Shown here: piece by piece, positions 1 through 13,485 of the stretch
How the letters are laid out: each line of letters begins with the position of its first letter
Numbering within the stretch: position 1 is the stretch's first letter
Origin: Ginglymostoma cirratum
Lineage: Eukaryota
Assembly: GCA_024137785.1 (NCBI GenBank)
Contig: JAHRHZ010000019.1
Coordinates: forward strand, 19,957,240 to 20,021,239
Reading direction: 5' to 3'
Length of the DNA stretch: 64,000 nt
Notes under the pieces: model-generated
The model's input: only the letters and a program-made list of their open reading frames with translations
Told to the model about the DNA's origin: nothing
Databases searched by the model: none
Program-made: the position numbers and the translations under genes

Positions 1-228
1 CACACAAAGGATGGTGAGTACCTGGAACATGCTGCCGGAGGGGGTGGTGGGAGCAGACACAGTAGCAGCGTTCAAGAAGCACCTGGATGAATTCATGAAT
101 AGGAAGGGAATAGATAGATACGGATCCTGCAAGCGAAGACAGTTTTAGTATGGAAGGGCAAAATGTGTCTGCACAGGCTTGGAGGGCCGAAGGGCCTGCT
201 CCTGTGCTGTATTGTTCTTTGTTCTTTG
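1..228 (+). mobile_element. CR1 LINE 3' end
   Basis: Translates TQRMVSTWNMLPEGVVGADTVAAFKKHLDEFM (CR1 ORF2 C-terminus), followed by a gggccgaagggcct 3' UTR and a (gttcttt)n tail. Confidence 0.9.
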
Positions 229-234
229 AAATCA

Positions 235-322
235 AGTGCCACCATACTGGGATTTGAACCCAGAATGTTACATGGGTCTCTGGATTAATAGTCGAGCAAT
301 AATACAACTTGGCCATTGCTTT
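235..322 (-). mobile_element. 5' fragment of a tRNA-headed SINE (same family as 47755 and 57681)
   Basis: gggatttgaaccc...gggtctctggattaatagtc...aatacaacttggcc is the reverse complement of the head of the full copy at 47755. Confidence 0.7.
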
Positions 323-329
323 CTGCCAG

Positions 330-1100
330 TGATGTACTGTTGAGGTTTTATTGCTGTTGTAATGTTAGAAACAGAGCAGACTGTCTCGCACAGTGTAGTG
401 ATGATGACCAGATAATTTGTTTTTGTAATACTGATTGAAAGAAAAATGTTGGCCAGATGAGGAGTAAGTCTCCACTTCCTCATAATGATAATGTGAATTA
501 TTTTACATCTACTTCAGAGGGCAGATGTGGCTTTGGTTTTGGTATATTTTCAGATACCATCTCTGCAGGCATGCCGTGTATTGTGGTTGTATCCACTTGA
601 ATCATCGGCGATGTCTCTGGCGGATTCACTGCCATTTAATCTGTTTTATTGGTATTACTCTAAGTTACTCGTACCAAGTGGTAAGGAAGCCCACGTAGAC
701 TTGGGCAGAAGTGTGGCTTGGCCTTGATAAACGGATTTTTTTTTTATACATGTACTTAATAGCTAGTTGCATTGAATCTGAGTTACATGAGAGGGTGTAG
801 TAAGGCCTTAGACTGTACTTAAAAGTAAGTACACATAAGCTACATAGACACTAGTAGTGAGCTCGAATAGAACTAAAACATTAAGTGTCTACTCCTAGGA
901 ATAGGACTTTACGTTCTGAAAGATTCAGCTCATCTCATGTCATTTAACCTTTTTCGGGGGATAATTGCCTTTAGAACAAGTTTGGTGTTTCATCTGAAAG
1001 ATGGCACTTCCAACACAGCGGTTCTCCGTCAATACTGTATAGGTTTGTCATCCTAAATGTTTGTGCTCAAGCCCTGAAATGGAGTGGAACTTGAACGTTT
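330..1100 (-). mobile_element. Deu-domain SINE (AmnSINE1/SacSINE1-like), split by an insertion at 540-978
   Basis: ttttacatctacttcagagggcagatgtggctttggttt joined to ggtgtttcatctgaaagatggcacttcc...gtgctcaagccctg...ggaacttgaac follows the remembered Deu-domain consensus. Confidence 0.7.
540..978 (-). mobile_element. Probable solo LTR
   Basis: TG...CA termini (tggtata...tagaaca). Near-TSD ggttt/agttt. AATAAA on the minus strand about 100 nt from its 3' end. It interrupts the Deu-SINE cleanly. Confidence 0.55.
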
Positions 1101-1900
1101 GACAGTTTGAATATGTTATTAAGAAACTGTCACTTTATAAGGAGACTAAGGGTGGATTTTGCATGCTGTTAATTGCGTTTTATGCTGTTACATCCAAGCT
1201 TTGTGTAATATTGTGTTCAGTATTTTAGGATCAGCAGGCCATGAAATTGGCAAATAAAAACAGCCATGTAGCGTTTCTCAATCAATGGTTCACCTAAGTT
1301 GTAATGGCTGCAATTGACAGTTGTGTGCTACACGCAAGAGTTGTAACTTAACATTGTACGATGGCATTTTTCTTTCTTAAGCCCTTTGCCTTGCAGCGCA
1401 TTTCAAAAATCCTTCATAATGTAGCAAAATTCAAAATATTCACTTATTTCAGAAATAATACGTTTTAGCCCGGTGTTGTACAATTCTGCCAAATCCATAC
1501 ATTTCCTTGTGGCTCATGAAACCTAACTCCAATCCACTATGCAAACAGTTGAAGGCCTTGGCCAAAGTTTGTTTTTGTTGAAATTTTGTCAGATGTGTCA
1601 GGCTTCATTGATTCTTCTTCCGTTGACCTGTATTGTCCTCTGATACCACCTTTTGAGAGGTCATTACTATTTAATAATGGGTCAATTCAAATTCCCTTGA
1701 AAAATACTCTCGGATAAAAGGCTAGTTTAGCTTTAAGAAGGTGTGAGTTGTTGAAATGGTGAATCTAATGACATTGTAGACTAAACAATGGCATCATTGG
1801 GCTCAAAGGCCATCATCTTCAGGCACTTACCAGACTTTCTTAAAATCTCAGGAGCAAGTGGGTGAACAGGTCAACCTTGAAACATTTGTTTAATACCTGT

Positions 1901-2030
1901 AATAAAACCAAGAAATGTGATTGCTGAAACACTGAAATTGCTGGAGAATCTCAGCAGGTCTGGCAGCATCTGGAGAGAAAGCAGAGTTGATGTTTAGAAT
2001 CTGGTGACTCCTCTTTAGAAGGTTCTGAAC
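1901..2030 (-). mobile_element. Penelope-like terminal repeat fragment (single arm)
   Basis: gaaattgctggagaatctcagcaggtctggcagcatct...ggtgactcctctttagaa, homologous to the arms at 31712-31951. Confidence 0.7.
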
Positions 2031-2609
2031 GGTTTGCAAAACCCCCACAGAAACCTGGGACACTGTTGGGTTAGAGTTGCAATACCATGATTGTTACTCC
2101 TTGGGAAATTCAAGACATGCATTATATATGGCCAAAAATGCTATTTCTCGGTGGCACAGATATCTACTTCACCTTGTCCTTACTTAATTTTGTCTGAAGC
2201 TTAATTTATTGCTTCAAACGGAAGTAAATGTTCACCATTGTTTTAAAGGACTAAATTAATAGCTTCCGCTTAGTCTTAAATACCTCAGTTACTATCGATT
2301 GAACCTATCTTTCTCCAAGATATTCATGAAAGCTGCTCCTATTGTACATGTAAATGTGTGAGAGTTCTCAATTCCTCATTGGCCTCAATTTGGGTAAAGT
2401 TTAAATGTGCTTGAAAGTTGTGGTGTTTATCAGTAGATTGCAGACCAGGAGCATGTTTGCTGTTGAGTCTCTACTGAATTGACCGTGCTCTATCTTCCCC
2501 ACGTACAAATGATTTAGCAAGGAGAAGGTGGTTATTTTGGGTTCGTATTTGTGCTTATCTGTTCTGGATGTGCACGGCAGCTCAGTAACGACTGTGATTG
2601 CGTAGCCGG

Positions 2610-2745
2610 TTGACAGCACTCTATCAGTGCTTCACTGAAATGTCAGTCCAGATTACATTCAAGTTTCTGGCATAGAGCTCGAGCCCATTATTTTCTTGGT
2701 CAAAGACAAATGCACTACCGCAGAGACAAATCAAGCGCTATTCCG
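2610..2745 (-). mobile_element. Old Deu-SINE fragment
   Basis: gacagcactctatcagtgcttcactgaaatgtcagtccagattacattcaagtttctgg resembles the Deu-SINE 5' region, similar to 1010-1095. Confidence 0.5.
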
Positions 2746-3280
2746 AATGATCCAAGCTTTTCATTTCCGCTTTGTGGAGAGCATTCCAAGTGCTGCTCAC
2801 ACTTTGTAATAAGCAGTTGCTTCCGTCATCTCTTCTTCACCTTATCTTTTTATCAGTCTTTGGGGGTACAAATAGGTACAATAGGAGGCCATTGGTGCCT
2901 GTGACTGTCAACTTCTCACTGATACCGCTTCAAGGGAGCAGTGATCATTCATGATTTTATTACACACACCTGCTTTTTGACTAATTTTAGCCAATGAGAG
3001 CATTTATCTCCTCGAGTGACAATTAACGTGTTTGCATTGCAAAATGTCACTAAACAAATGTACACATGAGGAAGAAGATTTCCACTTATTACTTTCTAAT
3101 TTACAGGAAAACTCCCCACTTCCTCCTGAACGTCATGATGTTTTAATGTTCTTGTTTTGCGCGTTCCACAAGTAAAGAATTTTGGGTTCTTGGATGTTGG
3201 TCAATAAGAGGCAATTTTTCTTGAAGTGGGGGACTATGAATATCATAGCTAAGGTAACATTAAGACAGAATTCTGGTTGA

Positions 3281-3593
3281 GGGACAGCACAGTGGTTAGT
3301 CCTGCTGCCTCAGTGTTAGGGACCTGGATTCAATTCCACCCTTGGGCGACTGTCTGTTTCTGCACGTTCTTCCCATATCTGCGTGGGTTTCCCCTCACAA
3401 TCCAAAGATGTGCAGGTGAGGTGGATTGGCCACGCTAAATTGCCCATAGTATCCAGGGATGTGTTGGCTAGTTGGATTAACCATAGGGAATGCAGGATTA
3501 CAGGGATAGGGTGGGGGTGGTTCAGGGCGAAATGATCTTCGGAAGGTCGTTGTGGACTCGATGGGCTGAATGGCCTGTTTCCACACTGCAGAG
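3281..3593 (+). mobile_element. HE1-type V-SINE (tRNA head, V-domain, CR1-derived tail)
   Basis: cacagtggttagtcctgctgcctca head; tccaaagatgtgcaggtgaggtggattggccacgctaaattgccc core; gatgggctgaatggcctgtttccacactg tail. Confidence 0.85.
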
Positions 3594-4168
3594 GTGCAAA
3601 AAGCAGTAACTAATGAGAGGACCACTTGAGGCCAATGTTGGCAAGGGCTCCTTTATTAAGGGAACGGTCAAGGAAAGATCTTTTTTGCAAGAGTAGCAAA
3701 ATTGGAAATGTTCAAATTATTCAAACCATTATCTAAATGTACAGGCCTTGCCTCACTTGTTGCATTATTGTTTCTGAATGAGTAGATTTGAAGTTTAGTT
3801 TCGAAACTTGCACAATATAAATACAACAATTTCCACCTATATCCCTGGTTACAAACTTCTTCAATCGCCAACAATGAGATTTCATTAAATTATGCATTGA
3901 CTTTTTTTTTGCTGTGTTTAGTATTCACTTTCCATTTACAAGCAGTCAATTCAACCTTATGAAACCTGGGTTTAAAAGATAATTCTTAATCTCAGGTGAA
4001 TTACTGGGGACTGGCTGAGGTCAGTTTATTTGAGGTGGGGGAGAAGCTTTGAGCCAATGAAAAGGAAGTGTTCTTTTAATCATCGTTTGGCAGTGTCTGT
4101 TCTGGAGAACTTGCCAGAGTAAGGGGCAACTGATCTGTCCCATGAAACCTACCATACTCCTCTTCTCA

Positions 4169-4264
4169 GATAACAAGCATGGGGCTGGATGAACACAGCA
4201 GGTCAAGCAGCATCATAGGAGCAGGAAAACTTGACGATTTGGGCCTAAACCCTTCATCAGAAAA
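4169..4264 (-). mobile_element. Penelope-like element 3' terminal fragment with mutated hammerhead core
   Basis: Nearly identical to 49600-49695. The minus strand reads ctgatgaagggtttaggcccaaatcgtc, with GAAA mutated to AAAT. Confidence 0.85.
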
Positions 4265-7104
4265 TCAGTGACCCTATGCTTAGAGTGTTGCTCACAGTCT
4301 GTAATACGTATTAGTGTGTTATCTGCCCCTGTTTCTTCCAATTTACCTGTTGTGATCATGCCATTTGGCAATCTTGTCCAAAATCATCTTGCCTTGTTGC
4401 TTTGACTGCCCAAACCTTCATTAAACAAAAAAAATCAGTGTTAAGTTCCCACCTCGTTCCTATCCTATATTACCAGCCTTCTCTTCCACACCCCCTCTCC
4501 TCCTCTATTTCATATTATGTCTACTTTCCCTGCCTTATGAGGCACTCGGTATATTTTCTTTTATGAAGAGCACTGCACAAGGCAAGGTGTGGATGTTGAT
4601 ATGAATGATTTTGTAATTCTATACTTGGCTTTTTGCCAGTGCCTATTTTCTTCTTGTGTAACAGTTCAGTTTTTTTTTAAAGCACTGTGCAGGATTTTTT
4701 TTTTCACTTCAAGGCCTTTTAAAACTGTGTTCAGTTTTTATCTTGTGTCTTTTTTTTTATTATCCTGAACTGCTTTTGTTTGTGAAGGCTGACCGTGAAT
4801 CAGTTGAATGCTCTGGCATATTTTAACCCTGCAACTGGCTGAACACGTACAGCGTTAATGTGATTCAGTCCACAGTTTGTCCTTTGCTGCAGCTAAGCAC
4901 ATGTCTTTGAGCTGCTGAGAATGTCTACAATTTGCTGTGGTGCTCCTCTCGGAAGTGGGAATTTTCAACCTAACAAGATTTAAAAAATAACTTTTCAATA
5001 CACACAGCTGCAGAATGTATCTTGCTTTAATACACTAACTATTCCATGCAATTTCAAAATATAATGTCCTGAAACTGCCAAGTGCTTGAATGCCCTATAG
5101 GAAAGTTAATTTATTTGTGGTAACTCACACCAAATCAACTGTTTTGGAAAGATTTTAAAGCAAAGGACTGCATCTGAAATAAAAACAAAGTATTGGAAAG
5201 AGTGCATAAGTTTAAGCAGTGATACTGGATGGGGGGAAAACAGGGTTAACACACTGGGTTGCTGACCCTTTTTTTTTTGGTCTGAATTGTGAGCTTTGAC
5301 AAATGTGTCATTTATAAGGAGTAACAAAGCTAGGCAAAATGTTGCGTGGGGTGTAAGGTACATGATCATGAATTGTTTTACATATCTGGAAGAGGGACAG
5401 GGGATAGTGGGGTTGGGGGGTGTGGTTGGCAGTAGCCTTTTCCTTAGAACATTCTGGAATTTTTCCACCTTTCCCCAATCTTCCATTCCCATTTTCTGCT
5501 GCAAGGTTTACACATCCTTTTATTTTGATGGTAATTGTCTCCCCTTATCTTGCACCTTTATCCCTTCTGTCCTCCACATAGTCACAAATTGGCTGATTTA
5601 TTATTATCCCCCTTTCCCACACTGTGTTCTTCTCATAAATGTTGGAAATGTAATTGAGAATGTAATCAGAAGGTAGATTAATTTATGTTGGGTTTTCCAT
5701 GCAGTTATTTAATCTGATGCTTCCTTTTAATTTTTCTAGATGCAGCTTTTCTTTGGTCCATTTAAAGTCTTTAAAAACTCCTTTGCCAACTTGTTTAGTC
5801 TTCAGCATTGGAAAGTAAGCTGTGAGATGTAGAGAATCTGGTTATCTTTTAGTGTGTGCACATCCACGTTAAGGTGAGGATGTTGCTGTGGAATTCTGTT
5901 TTCTAGTGTAAAGTTCTAAAGTCTGCAGTGTGTGGCACAGGCCTTTGGACTTTCCAAATTCAATTCTCACACAATCTTTGGAATCCACCAAGATTGAGAC
6001 TTCATTGCATAGTTCTGAATTTGAGGCTGGACCTCCGAAATGGGCAAACAATAAGAAATGCTGGAGTATGTGAAAAGTTTCCGATTTTTAAAGAAGTTTT
6101 TAATTTGAAGTGTCTTGTCTACAATGCAGTGAACAATTTAGTATGTTGCTCACAATTCTTGTGCAATGAGGTTGCCCTGACCCTAATTTCACTTTTGAGA
6201 CTATTACCAGCATAGTAAAAGGTTTGATAATTTTAGGGTCTGACTTGTCTCCCAACAAATAAGGTTGGCTTCTTTTACAAGTGATATCATGATGGTAATG
6301 CATTATGTTGAAGCATTGTGAAAGATGGTTACCAAAAAAAGGTGATTTTGGATTCATGTGAATTGTGCAGTAGTTTGCGAAGAATCTTCTCTCTTGTGAA
6401 TTCTTGTGCCTTTTAAATCCATATGAACGGGTTTGATATCTGGGGAGGATGGGGGGAGTGGCAAAGGCAGAAAATCTGGAATGAAAACAGAAAATCTTAG
6501 AGGTAATCGATGGGTCAGGCACCATCATGGAGAGAAAATTTGAGGTAATCTCAGGTCAGTGATCTTGAATATCTGTTTCACAGTCGTAAGTGAAGGATGG
6601 AAACTCAAAATTGATTTGAGGTCAGAAATACTCTCCAACAATCAGAGGGAAATGTTAAGGATAACAAAGGAAAGTCCATGATCGCGGATAGAGGTAACCG
6701 TAAGAAATCCAGGACCAAGGCAACTCATGGTCGTCCAAAATTGGAGATGGACTATTTCTTCTGCTTCAGAAGTATTGGCGAATCTTTATTTTCCAAATCC
6801 TTTGGTTCCTGAGTCGTCTCCGAGCAGTTATTGCAGCTGCAGAAGCGTGCAGGCAATATTTAGACCGACAGTTAAAATGGCCCGATTTGGAATGCAGTGT
6901 TGCCGTTGACATTAGATCCTCATTCCCCTTGTTGGGAGGCCTTCCTAAAATCACGTCTTTAAGAAATGGAGTGTGTGATATTATAGCAGAAAAGCATCAA
7001 TAATGCAGTGCAAACTGACTGACTGTTGAGTGAATGGGATTAAAATCAATCCTTGAGTTATAGTGTTAGACTAATCTCGTAACTACAGATCTAATACTAA
7101 ACTA

Positions 7105-7256
7105 TTATTTTTAATCAGAAAGGGAATTGAGGGTTATGGGGCGAAGGCAGAGAAGTGTAGTTGAGGTCTGTTGATAAACCATGATCTCATCGAATGGTGG
7201 AGTGGACTCAGTGGGCCAAACGGTCCGCTTCTGCTCCTACATCTGATGGTCTGATT
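7105..7256 (+). mobile_element. CR1 3' tail
   Basis: agggaattgagggttatggggcgaaggcag...atgatctcatcgaatggtggagtggactcagtgggccaaacggtccgcttctgctcct. Confidence 0.8.
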
Positions 7257-9687
7257 TACAGCAATTCAGGTTTAAACAGCCCACTGAGAAAAATGGGAGC
7301 TTCTGACAATAGTTCTAAGGATTCCAGTCAAGGTCTGATGGCAGTGCAGTTTTATGATTTGACATGTATATATCAAAATGTCTTAAACAGAAGTTTCACA
7401 AACAAAATGTTAAGAAATTTCTCAATGTATGAGGTAATATGAATGCATGTCAACATTATCATAAACCCTAATATTTGAGGAATATCTGTTTGAAATATTT
7501 TGAGAGATATGTGTAATTATGACTTTTATATAAAAACAGATCTCTTTACAAACACTAGTGACATTTTTATTTCATAGTCTGATCTGGTTTGAGGTTCTGT
7601 GAGTGAGTTGCGCACAAAATGACTTCTTACGTTTGTGCTGTCTTAATCCAAGACACTGCAGTACTGCTGAAGTGTACTCCAGATGGCAGCAGTCATCTTC
7701 CCAGACCCACATGCAACTGATTTCTCTTGCTCATTGCTCATTGGTCTCCCATGTTGTGCACGCTAATAAGAACTATTTAGTCAGTTTCTAACTTCAGTCA
7801 TTAACTGGTGCAGGCACTGTGAGCTAAGTGGTTTCTTTGTGTGCCATAAACCACTCATGATTCAATTATCCAAACTAGCAATGATTACTACAGTGCTGCT
7901 TCTACTTTCGAGAGCCATCCTGGAAGGTACAATGGGACCCACGCCTGATAGCGTGATTTGGGTTGACCGTCTGCCTGTGACTGCCTTTTGAGAAATACCT
8001 GTAGTAAACAAGCATGAGTTAATACTTGTGTTTTCGACACATAAGCAAATGTGACTCTGGTCAGATCAAGTTTAATTAATCTTAGCATTGTTTCTGCACC
8101 CACAATAAAAGGTAAAGTGTTGATCTGGGCAATCCTAGTGCAAATGGTTAGAAATATTCAGTTGCTGTAAATCTCGGTGGGACAATAGGATAGTATGTTG
8201 CACTTTTACCCTGCTTTTGACCATCATTCAAGAACGTGACCAGCTTATTGATTTTGTAGGTGAGATATTGTCTGCAGGATAAGATGTGGGAGTGGTACGT
8301 GAGCAGAACTTATCCTCTCAGCAGTCCTCTCTTGTACCTGATGGCGTGAGGCTTACAGAGGCCACTAAAAATGGATCAGACTGTTTTTAAAAAAAAATGC
8401 AGGCAGAGATCTGCTCCGACCAATTGTCCCAGTAGAGCCCCACTGTTGTCGTCCACAGCGGTTCACAGGATCCTGTAATAATTCCACACTGCAGTAATTT
8501 CTTGTTGGTTTTGTATTTTTTTTGTATTTGTTTGTTTTTTAACAAGCCGGTGAAAATCCAAATGGTTCTTTATCATTTTCTGTCCTTTACTCTAGATGGC
8601 ATTTGATGTTACATTAATTTAACAGAATTCTTTGCCTTGTAAATGGTGCAAGGGGGTAAAATTTGAAACAGCTTTAAAGAATATTCAATTCGATATGCAG
8701 CAACTCTAATTCAATGGTTAAATTCAATGGAACAAATAATGTTTTTAGCTGTACTGTATACATATGCTTTTGTAATTAGCCTCTGTGGGACAATCTGATA
8801 GTTGCAAGTGTCAACTAAAGGTTAGTGAATCTGTTTTCAGAACATCCCAAGTCTTCAGGAATAATAATTGTGAATAGTGAATATTTGAAACTGTGCATTG
8901 TTATGCAAAGTATATGACGTAAATCCAAATATTTACGCTGACACAAACTTCAGGCATTATCTGGTACAGACATGATGGGCCAAGGTGGTCTCTTTCTCTG
9001 TTATAAACTTTGCAATCAACCAACCATTGGTGACCGTGATGTTTCCAATTGTGTGAACTATCCTGAAAGAATTGGTTCCATGACCGATGATAATGTGGTT
9101 AGGCTCAACAATCCACCTGAAATGAATACCACTGTAAGTTGGTGTACACGATTGAGTCTAGTGAGTACTGTAGTTAAACAGTGAACATTTAACACACAAA
9201 AAGTTTGTGGGGTGGGGGCAGGGCAGTAAAACGTGGTTGAATGGTGTTCTAACAGGTCAATAAACCAGGCAGAATAAACTGAAGGTGGTAAGTACAAAAT
9301 GTATTTGTTGGGAGAGGTACAGGAAGGGGAAGATAGAAATATAAGCAGTTTTTCAGTAAAAATGTTGCAGTTGGTCATTTTTTTGTTTACTATTTGATTG
9401 CTGTGTCAGCTGAGGTTTTGAAGTTTTATTAGTTAAATAATCACCTGGTCTGTGGTAGAAGTGTAAAATTGGCTTTGTAGGATCTATATGTAAAACAGTC
9501 ATAAAACTCCAAGGGTGAGTGGACTGAAAGTGGCCTGTGCTTTGCTGATCTCAGCCAGGAAGATAGGATTGGATGCAGTGCCCCTGGTTAAGAGGCAGGG
9601 GCATGTCGCTCAGGCTTCAGTGCCTGATGTTTATATAGTGAACTACGACAAGGAAATGTTGAATGTCTTCTGGTCTTGCCTGATAGC

Positions 9688-10396
9688 GGGGCAGAAATGA
9701 GGCCATTCAGCCCACCAGGTCTGCTCTGCCATTTCGTCATGGCTGATAAGTTTCTCAACCCCATTCTCCCACTTTCTTCCCATAACCCTTGATCCCCTTG
9801 ACAGTCAAGAACCTATCAACCTCTTCTTAAATATACTCGATGACCTGCCCTCCATAGCCTTCTGTGGCAGTGAATTCCATAGATTCACCACTCTGTGGCT
9901 GAAGAAGTTTCTCCTTGTCTCCATTCTAAAAAGGTCTTCCCTTTACTCTAAGGCTGTGCCCTCTGGTCCTAGTGTCTCCTGCCAAAAAAAAAAACATCTT
10001 CCCAACATCCGCTCTGTTCAGGCATTCAGTGTTTTGTAAATTCAAATTAGATCCCCCCTCATCTTTCTAAACTCCATCGAGTATAGACCCAGAGTCCTTA
10101 AACATTCCTCATATGTTAACTTTTCATCCCTGGGGCCATTCTGGTGAACCTCTTCTGAACCCGCTCCAGGGCCAGTACATCCTTCTTGAGATATGGAGCC
10201 CAAAACCATGCACAGTACTCCAAATGTGGCCTGACCAGAGCCTTATTGAGCCTTAGAAGTACATCCCTGCTTTTATGTCCAAGTCCTCTCAAAATAAATG
10301 CCAAAGTTGCATTTGCCTTCCTAACTACTGACTCAACCTGCAAGTTTACCTTGAGAGAATCCGGGACTGGAACTCCCAAGTCTCTTTGCACTTCAG
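9688..10396 (-). mobile_element. 5'-truncated CR1 LINE
   Basis: ORF 10116-10415(-) has KANATLAFILRGLGHKSRDVLLRLNKALVRPHLEYCAWFWAPYLKKDVLALERVQKRFTRM. CR1 3' UTR lies near 9690. Confidence 0.93.
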
Positions 10397-10879
10397 GCAA
10401 AGGAGCATCGAACATGATTAAACAATCTGAGCATAGCTAAGCTCCTGCATGAAAAGTTGTCGTCTTGGTAGGGTGGTAGAGAGCGTGCAACTGTGTCCAA
10501 AAGGAGGTGTTCTGTTTCGGAGAGTGCAGGGCCGAGAGAGGAATCTTAACCGTTTTGTCAAATGTTCCACTGGCTGTAACCTTTTGAGATATTGCTATAC
10601 ACTGAGGAATTATTGCACAGAATCAGGTAAAAGAGTTTCTGTGACAACTTTTAGTTTAAAAAGTAGGGGTTGGCTTTTCCACAAGTACCAATATTGGAGA
10701 GGTTGCGATCCACCCTCTCCAACACTCCTGTTATCACAGGAGCTGTTCCTGCCAGCCACACCCCCAAAAGTAGCTAAAAGTATTAAATTTTTATTTGCAA
10801 ATAACTTCCATGGAAATAAACATTAACTTATGCCTAAATTCATAAATTTTCTCAAATCATCAGAAATAAAAGCTATATA

Positions 10880-12060
10880 TTAAAAATCTACAATTTCGGC
10901 CTTTTTCCCCAGTGCAGAAAATAATGCTCTTGGCAACCGAGCATACTCAAGGTATATTAATAAGTCCTTAAAAATCACCTCCTTCCTCCTTGTCTTCAGT
11001 ACCAAATAACACAGCCCAATTTTATTCTTGAATGACATCATTATATGCATCAGCAACCGACTCATCATTGGCTAAATCATTCCATAAAGCATCGCCTTCT
11101 GTCATATCAAGTCCATTGGATAGCCCACATTGTTGGAATGATTTGCTGACAATCTCCATTCAAACTTCATAGCCAGTCTCTATAGCCTACTCTCTGCATT
11201 ACCAATTAAAAGCCACCATGCTATGTCTCTTGATGAATACCTTTTCTCCTCTGCTGATCCAGTTACTAGGTGCATATTTTCAAACTATCCATGAAGAACT
11301 TGAGTGATATTCAGAGATTGAATGCAGCTGCTTTGACCACCGGGATTACTAAAATGTTACTGACTTGCAATCTCGCATCAACATTGAGGTGCGATCTGAA
11401 CATCTCCCAGATGAGAGAGAGTATTTTTTTTCCTGTCATTGCCCTAGTCAGAAGTTCCAAAATTTCCTTGGGCATACATTTAAACCACCTTGTTCCATCC
11501 ATCTTACTTTTGGGAATTGCTCTTTTGGGAGTGCTTTATGCTTGAATATCAGTTTTTGACTTAAGCCATGTCCTATTCAACATACAGAATAGCACAGTGT
11601 TGAAGCTACTCTTCCCATGGCCATTTGTCTCCACAAAAACACTCTTCTCTCCATCTTTGGTCATGATTTGACTGTCTAACATACCAAATTCTTAGTTGTC
11701 TCATTCATGTTCCCAATGCAAGCCATTCTGCGTCTGTTGTTTTGCGATGTTCAATCGCAAACTTGCTGGTATGTAGTAAACTTGTCAATAAGTTCTGTAG
11801 TGAGATGCTGTGAAATCTTGGTCCTCTGAAGTACAAAATTGTTCTTCTTCTTAAAAGTGGTACAGTATTAAGCGTAGACTTTGAAATCTACTGAACGAGT
11901 TTTCTTGCTTTTAGGGAAACATTCCGGTGCGCCTGCAAGAAGCAGTGAGGCCATTTCGGAGATTTTCATTGTCATAGTTTGTCTTTCTGCTGTGGTTTAA
12001 ATGTTACACTTTCCTCCATGTGCACATTTATTCTTGGGTATCCGAATAAGCGGTTAACGT
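10880..12060 (-). mobile_element. Ancient, highly decayed CR1 RT region
   Basis: The minus strand gives remnants such as IGLCYLVLKTRRKEVIFKDLLIYLEYA, akin to CR1 ILGCI..SR.REVI..LVRPHLEYC, with many stops and frameshifts. Confidence 0.55.
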
Positions 12061-13222
12061 GTTTCCTCCAACCTCCTCCTCATGTTCTTTCTCCAACACC
12101 TTTTTAAATTCTCTTTATCTGTCTCACATCTCAACAAGTCGAAGTTTGAACCGGGCTCTGTATCACAGTTCCTCCTTGATACAATGTTGCCAGATTGCAG
12201 GCAAGTGGCACACATTGAGGTGGTAGTCTTGACATCTGATGTTCAGATGAAAGGAGCTAAAAAGCTATCTTCAGTGATGTATTTTTTTGATTCCATCAAG
12301 TAGGTTTACACCGGTGAGAGTTTGGCATGAATGGCAAGAGTGTATTAAGTACAGAAGTTTTGGTTAAAAGGGTATCAATTTATACATAAGAAAAATGAAT
12401 AATTTGGCCGAAGTAAGGGGTTGATTTTTACATGAGATCCACCATTACTTGACTGTATATGTTAGTACACAGTATCCTGATCAGTGTTCTGAATTCTCTG
12501 GACTTTGCTGTGACAAGCATTCATGGAGTCATGAAATCATTTCAATTCCTCATTTATCTAATAAATTGTGGTAACTTCCATGTCAAAAGCTTGGTTAAAA
12601 TTCAGATCCAAGTGAAATGAATAGGAATAGAGCATTCAGAATGACAGGACAATGTGCTATATTAGTTACAAGTTAATACGTTGCTGCTTGGTTAAGTGTA
12701 CACAAAAACATTTTCCTGCGGAGTATTGTCATGAGTAGATAATGTCTGTTCACTGTATAACAACATGCACAGATGTATTGTGTTAATGTAGCCGTTAACC
12801 AATAACTATTTCAATGTATGCATTGCTGTGATGTTGCTCGCTGTCAAGAAGCAAATCGAATTAATTGAAAGTCTGCTTACCAATTTCCACAAGATACAAG
12901 TTACAAACGGATTAATAATGAGCGGTTCCCTGAGGAAAAATAGACCTCCCATTGTGTCTTGTATAGAAATTTGTGGGAATGGATAAGAAATATTTAGAAT
13001 CTCAACTGAAACTGTCAGATTTATATGCGGAGGATTTGACCCTTGTCACGGTCTAGAAGGTAACTGACTAATTCAGTTCTGGATTAGTCATCTCGGAGTT
13101 GACAACTAGCAGAGATGAGAATGCGCTCATTCTGTTAGGGTGTTGCTTTTATAATTCTCTGTCAGGCCTGGGAAACCTTGTCTGAACCATCCCTCTGATC
13201 TTGAGTTTTGGCTGTGATAATG

Positions 13223-13263
13223 GTGTGTGTGTGTGTGTGTGTGTGTGAGTGAGTGTGTGTGTG
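13223..13263 (+). repeat. (TG)n microsatellite
   Basis: gtgtgtgt...gagtgagtgtgtgtgtg, about 220 nt upstream of the exon A acceptor. Confidence 0.95.
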
Positions 13264-13485
13264 AGAATGTGGTGGAATTCTGTGGCTGTTAACACCTGGC
13301 TCCGCGAGTGTGCTAGTTTGTAATTCTTGCCAGAGCACAATTCCAAGCATGAGCACAGCCAAAGCTCATAAGCCAATCTGACCAGCAGGTCACCTCTGCA
13401 GTCATTGAGCACTTTTGTGCTTTATTAACCTTTCACAACTGACTTGTCATCGTTTTGACAACTATTTCTTTTGTCCCTTTGACAG

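Noticed and set aside
3090-3177. Strong-looking acceptor (actttctaatttacag) and a gtaaag donor suggesting an extra exon
   Set aside because: It has no formin similarity, its length is not a multiple of 3, and a stop occurs in the phase required before exon A.
3281-3365. tRNA-like heads here and at 22740-22784 and 47755-47850 as tRNA genes
   Set aside because: They continue into SINE bodies and do not form complete cloverleafs.
5395-5432. G-rich tract (also 30330-30430) as a G-quadruplex element
   Set aside because: Short G-run clusters are common, and nothing indicates function.
5106-6528. ORFs of 95-142 aa in unique intron sequence
   Set aside because: No recognisable domains, overlapping on both strands and low-complexity composition, consistent with chance ORFs.
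6600-6965. CpG-containing stretch with short ORFs on both strands
   Set aside because: No recognisable protein or RNA motif. Probably an unclassified TE fragment and cannot be called from sequence alone.
1-13485. Search for the preceding FMN2 exon (SQAVGILMSSLHLDM-like), and for the exon after G in 59378-64000
   Set aside because: No convincing match found by eye. They most likely lie outside the window, though a short exon could have been missed.
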